Origin: a bacterium
Lineage (GTDB): Bacteria; Auribacterota; UBA3054; JAPLST01
Reading direction: 5' to 3'
Assembly: GCA_026398485.1 (NCBI GenBank)
Contig: JAPLST010000317.1
Location: 1 to 33,387, forward strand
DNA: 33,387 bases
The notes under the pieces are model-generated. The model searched no databases. It saw only the letters and a program-made list of their open reading frames with translations, and had not been told where the DNA came from. This document shows positions 32,002 to 33,387 of the stretch, piece after piece. The translations under genes were made by a program, and so were the position numbers. Positions within the stretch are counted from its first letter, which is position 1. Each line of letters opens with the position of its first letter.

Positions 32002-33210
32002 ATGTTCAAACGCTTTTTGTTTTTGGTTTTACTCATCATAGTGTCCATCATAGTCATTAACTTGACGGACAGCCAGTTGGTCTGCTGGGCAGTTATTGTG
32101 ACTGACGTCATAATCGCGATACGGTGCGCATTTCCATCAAAACCAGCCAAGCTTGTTGCGCGTTCAACTGCCATTGCAGAACCATGTGATGTTGTTGTGA
32201 AATCCAGCAGCATTTGCACGGAGCCAAAACCAGATAACACTGATTTGCTTTCATCCACCACTATTATATTGGGCAAAGAAACCCGCTTACCGCTAACCTT
32301 GATAGCGGACAATATAGGTACCCGCCAAGTGATCGAGGAATTATTCGCGGGAAGTGGTCGCAATGATTCCAAACGCGGCCTCATAGAATCATTGGTATTG
32401 AGCGGTAGATTGACTTGTCCTGAACTTGATCGCTATGTGAAGAAGTATGCCTCTGCCTACGAAAAAAACATTGCGAAATTGAAACAGGCGCTTGGCAATG
32501 ATCATAGTATAGATGATGACATCATTGAACAAGCCTGCTCGACATGGCCATTTTCACAGCGCGACATATCTCTCATATACAAGAATAGCGACGCCTTTGC
32601 ATCACGTAACATAGAGCTTTTAATGGAATTTGGATTCAGTGCTCTTCAAACCTATTTGTTCAACGCGGGCAAGGTGATAAACGCAAAATACTGCGAAAAA
32701 ACAGTCATCGAAACACTGACCGACAAGGGGCTTGTAGCACCAATAAGTGAAGCGCCAATGTCGGACATATTATGTGCTCTTTCGGTTGATCAAATAAGGT
32801 TGTTGTGTGACAAGACAGGTGCTCCAAGAAGAAGAAGCAAGGCAGAGATGGCAGACGAAATAGTAAAAATAGCGGGCAACGAAAATGTTCTCCAGGATGC
32901 TGTGCGAGATTTGCCGCTGCTTTTGCTGCGTGATGAAAAAAGGATCACATCGGCATCATCACATAGCGTGAATGCTGACTCATGCATGTACAGTGCAACC
33001 TATAGCGACATTCTAATTGAAACACACGACGCTGCAGTGCGGGCGGTCGGCGATTATAAAGATTCAAGAGAATATACAGACCACTGGTCTATATTTAGTT
33101 GTGGATGTCCGTGCTGCAAAAAATATGAAACAATGAAGTGGAGCAAGAAGTCGCCGCCAAAAATTCCGTTTCACATTGGCTGCACATGCTTATTACAGCC
33201 CAATGGTTGA
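32002..33210 (+). CDS. low-GC membrane protein (402 aa) with a SAP-like motif and a MuF-like C-terminal Cys/His motif
   Basis: Starts 3 nt after the XRE stop. Two N-terminal hydrophobic helices. LSVDQIRLLCDKTGAPRRRSKAEMADEIVK is SAP-like. The C-terminus is CGCPCCKKYETMKWSKKSPPKIPFHIGCTCLLQP. Confidence 0.7.
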   Translation: MFKRFLFLVLLIIVSIIVINLTDSQLVCWAVIVTDVIIAIRCAFPSKPAKLVARSTAIAEPCDVVVKSSSICTEPKPDNTDLLSSTTIILGKETRLPLTLIADNIGTRQVIEELFAGSGRNDSKRGLIESLVLSGRLTCPELDRYVKKYASAYEKNIAKLKQALGNDHSIDDDIIEQACSTWPFSQRDISLIYKNSDAFASRNIELLMEFGFSALQTYLFNAGKVINAKYCEKTVIETLTDKGLVAPISEAPMSDILCALSVDQIRLLCDKTGAPRRRSKAEMADEIVKIAGNENVLQDAVRDLPLLLLRDEKRITSASSHSVNADSCMYSATYSDILIETHDAAVRAVGDYKDSREYTDHWSIFSCGCPCCKKYETMKWSKKSPPKIPFHIGCTCLLQPNG

Positions 33211-33264
33211 CGCCGGCGCTGCAGTCTGCTATACTGATCCTGTAACCCCGTGACCACAACGACC

Positions 33265-33387
33265 ATGAGCGCCACCTTCACCGCCGTCATCCACCGCGAA
33301 GGCAAATTATATGTCGCCTACTGCCCGGAAGTCGGCACAGCCAGCCAGGGCACGACCATTCCCGCCGCCGTCGCCAACCTGCGCGAG
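33265..33387 (+). CDS. HicB-family antitoxin-like protein (N-terminal fragment; continues past the window)
   Basis: MSATFTAVIHREGKLYVAYCPEVGTASQGTTIPAAVANLRE fits the HicB/UPF0150 N-terminal pattern. Confidence 0.65.
   Translation, partial: MSATFTAVIHREGKLYVAYCPEVGTASQGTTIPAAVANLRE

Larger units (their letters stand above)
1362..33387 (-). mobile_element. integrated siphovirus-like prophage (right end not reached in this window)
   Basis: Contiguous phage modules for immunity, early/replication, terminase, portal, capsid and tail. The left side is bounded by a displaced tRNA 3' fragment whose 3' end points away from the phage genes. Confidence 0.85.

Noticed and set aside
1419-33387. An integrase, excisionase pair or transposase within the window
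   Set aside because: Several small excisionase-type HTH proteins exist, but no ORF shows tyrosine or serine recombinase or DDE motifs. The integrase is presumably beyond the right edge.

Overview
High-GC (~60%) window that is almost entirely one temperate siphovirus-like prophage. Nearly all of it is transcribed on the minus strand. The left junction is a displaced tRNA 3' fragment (1320-1361), a probable att core. No integrase is seen, and the right end is probably beyond the window. Left of the junction are a partial NYN-like gene, a small membrane protein and AT-rich non-coding DNA.

Layout in minus-strand transcription order:
- Immunity region (30.6-33.4 kb): plus-strand genes for a membrane protein, an XRE repressor-like protein, a low-GC 402-aa membrane protein and a partial HicB.
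- Early operon (30625 down to 22770): CII-like protein, several small HTH proteins, VRR-NUC nuclease, a replication initiator with an internal iteron array, and two frame-disrupted genes.
- A textbook promoter followed about 70 nt later by a strong intrinsic terminator (22630-22770).
- A roughly 21-kb tightly coupled late operon in an unusual order: tail chaperones G/GT with an A8 -1 frameshift site, tape measure, Dit-like, Tal-like, TerS, TerL, portal, Mor-like activator, a secreted protein, a split scaffold, major capsid, MuF head protein with a low-GC C-terminal extension, connector proteins, tube-like protein and a mosaic tail fibre.
- A seven-gene envelope-directed cassette containing two caspase-fold proteins (1419-4697).

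Most worth a second look:
- The caspase-fold/lipoprotein cassette, which sits where a lysis module would be expected.
- The XRE-linked low-GC membrane protein, which carries a MuF-like Cys/His motif.
- Four arrays of 7-nt tandem repeats in the early-gene leaders.
- The late promoter-terminator switch.
- An antisense, apparently leaderless membrane-protein gene between GT and the tape measure.

All functional calls come from motif reading by eye. No searches were run.
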